Of a stretch of DNA of 41,641 nt, positions 41,113-41,641 are shown piece by piece; positions within the stretch are counted from its first letter, which is position 1; every line of letters starts with the position of its first letter. A program made the translations under genes and the position numbers. The notes under the pieces were generated by a model that worked only from the letters and a program-made list of their open reading frames with translations, searched no databases and was not told the origin of the DNA. Origin of the DNA: Asterionella formosa (lineage: Eukaryota). The DNA lies in contig NKIB01014660.1 in assembly GCA_002256025.1 (NCBI GenBank), positions 1-41,641 of the forward strand. The letters run 5' to 3'.

Positions 41113-41460
41113 GTGCATCTCAAAAGAGCGAGATGCATGGTGAAGGAGCTACCAAGGTCAACTGCACATAACTGCCCTGGATGTGGGTATAGCATTCAAG
41201 CTCTTTGCGGTCATTTGCATGAAGAAGCAGATATTCAGTTCAAAACAACATGCTTCCATTACTATGAAAAGTTTCGTCGCGCCCTGATGGATCCAAATGA
41301 TGCAACTGCATTGCAACAACTGCAACAAGATGAAGAGAGGAGACATGATTCCAATCAAGGACAAGAGGAGGGCGGCATAGTAGAACTTGCATCTACAACG
41401 CCGATTATTGGTACAACTGCCACAAAAAAAACGCTAGTCAAATGTGATCACCCAAATTAA
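41113..41460 (+). pseudogene. Fragment with a degenerate Zn-finger-like motif, possibly transposon-associated
   Basis: CxxxxxPxSTAHNCPGCGYSIQALCG...TCFHY pattern in a short ORF lacking an ATG start, in a relic-rich region. The family was not identified. Confidence 0.3.
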
Positions 41461-41641
41461 TTATTTGGGTGGCCTACTATGAAAAATTGGGCTACGTACA
41501 TAATTTAAGGGTATAAACCAAATATAAATGTGATGCATCATATAATATATATGATAGGATTGAACTAAAATAGTTTCGACAACTTCCATAAATTTTTATA
41601 AACCCACATAAATTTTGAGGCAAAGTAACAATATTTTTGTA

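Noticed and set aside
1..41641. tRNA, rRNA or other structured RNA genes
   Set aside because: None recognisable by eye; tRNAscan-SE and an Rfam search would be needed to exclude them.

Overview
Eukaryotic nuclear DNA, most likely from a diatom. This is inferred from short GT-AG introns of about 80-110 nt, compact gene spacing and several bipartite plastid-targeting presequences with a Phe after the signal cleavage site. Positions 1-29.2 kb are gene-dense: a multi-EF-hand repeat protein, N-acetylglutamate synthase, a GT2-like glycosyltransferase, an RBR E3 ligase, a staphylococcal-type nuclease, an FBXO9-like protein, an ABC1 kinase, a DUF819 protein, a putative thylakoid protein, a DHRS12-like SDR, uroporphyrinogen-III synthase and NDUFB2. 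Positions 29.6-41.6 kb are mostly transposon relics: a decayed plant-type mariner carrying a second HIRAN-like gene, its inverted deletion derivative, 20-bp tandem arrays and CpG-decayed pseudogenes, surrounding one cell-surface protein gene. The standout is an 875-aa ORF (9534-12161, minus strand). It carries the three catalytic signature regions of class II nucleotidyl cyclases, the family of the bacterial toxins anthrax edema factor, Bordetella CyaA and Pseudomonas ExoY, plus a candidate calmodulin-binding helix. A second notable signal is a pervasive intergenic TA-CC(G/A)-(C/T)GG-TA motif family that reads like serial Tc1/mariner excision footprints of a CCGG-ended element, one intact 96-bp copy of which lies in the window. 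All family assignments come from motif recognition by eye; no database searches were run.
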